DNA of 64,000 nucleotides. Source: the human T2T-CHM13v2.0 reference genome, Homo sapiens. The notes under the pieces were generated by a model that searched no databases, was not told the origin of the DNA, and saw only the letters and a list, made by a program, of their open reading frames with translations. The position numbers and the translations under genes are program-made. This document shows, one piece after another, positions 63,296 to 64,000 of the stretch. The stretch lies in NCBI RefSeq assembly GCF_009914755.1, contig NC_060929.1; one strand, given 5' to 3'. The stretch's first letter is position 1. Each line of letters starts with the position of its first letter.

Positions 63296-64000
63296 CCCTT
63301 GCCTTTTCTTCCTATTTGATCAGTATGCTTTTTTTCCCCATAAAAGGAATCATTTACACTACAGTATGTTTCTGACTTTTTTCTATGGCGTGTCCCCATT
63401 ATGACACAACCCACTATACTTGACCACTTTCTTCCCAGCCACTAATGTGAGTTGCCCTATTTATTTTGGGCATCTTCGGTTTTTCTTATGTTTCTTGCTA
63501 TGTCTTCTTACTTTTAGATATTATTTTGCCAATTTTCTTCTTTTTTAACATGTCACTCATCTTCTAAATACCTCCCTTTACAAACATCGTTCTAGTTATT
63601 TACCATAATCCAAATGAAATTTGAATTCAAGATATTTTAATGACACAATATTAATTGAAAACCAATTCACACAAATATAATAATGTTTTGAATACAAGGT
63701 GCCACTGACATAGTGGGAATATAGATTTTTATAGTCTTTGGCAAAGTAGAATGTAGCTAGGTTCTCTATAGATATGTGGGGATGTTACCTTTCTTTATTG
63801 AACATGTGTGAAAAAATTAATTATCTTCCATGCAAAATAATTCATCTATAGCATATAGAAAAAGATGAAATTCATCTTCTGTCTGCACACTTATGTTCAT
63901 TCATCTCATCTCCAAGCTAGTCATAGACTGAACACAAAGCAAAGACAAGTGTACTCAATCTCTGAAAGCAAACAGCTGCACCAGAGACGGGGTCAAGGAC

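Overview
AT-rich, repeat-dense primate genomic DNA, most likely hominoid or human given the AluY and L1PA3/4-like copies. It looks like a gene desert or a very large intron. Much of it is transposon debris: L1 of many ages, about ten Alus or Alu fragments, L2, MIR, MaLR/ERVL solo LTRs (THE1, MST, MLT1, LTR16, MER70-like), a MER53 MITE and microsatellites. I find no intact protein-coding gene; the long ORFs in the track are almost all L1 ORF2, Alu or simple-repeat artefacts. The most interesting non-repeat signal is a candidate decayed, intron-containing gene on the + strand. It has a signal-peptide-like exon (52220-52317, donor G|GTAAGC) that joins in phase to a 326-nt exon (62452-62777) with relics of a PAN/apple-domain pattern, and possibly a third exon at the right edge. 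This call is pattern recognition through several stops and frameshifts and needs a homology search. The other findings are insertion, repair and mutation scars readable from the sequence. Repeat subfamily names come from recalled consensus sequences, and boundaries without target-site duplications (TSDs) are approximate.
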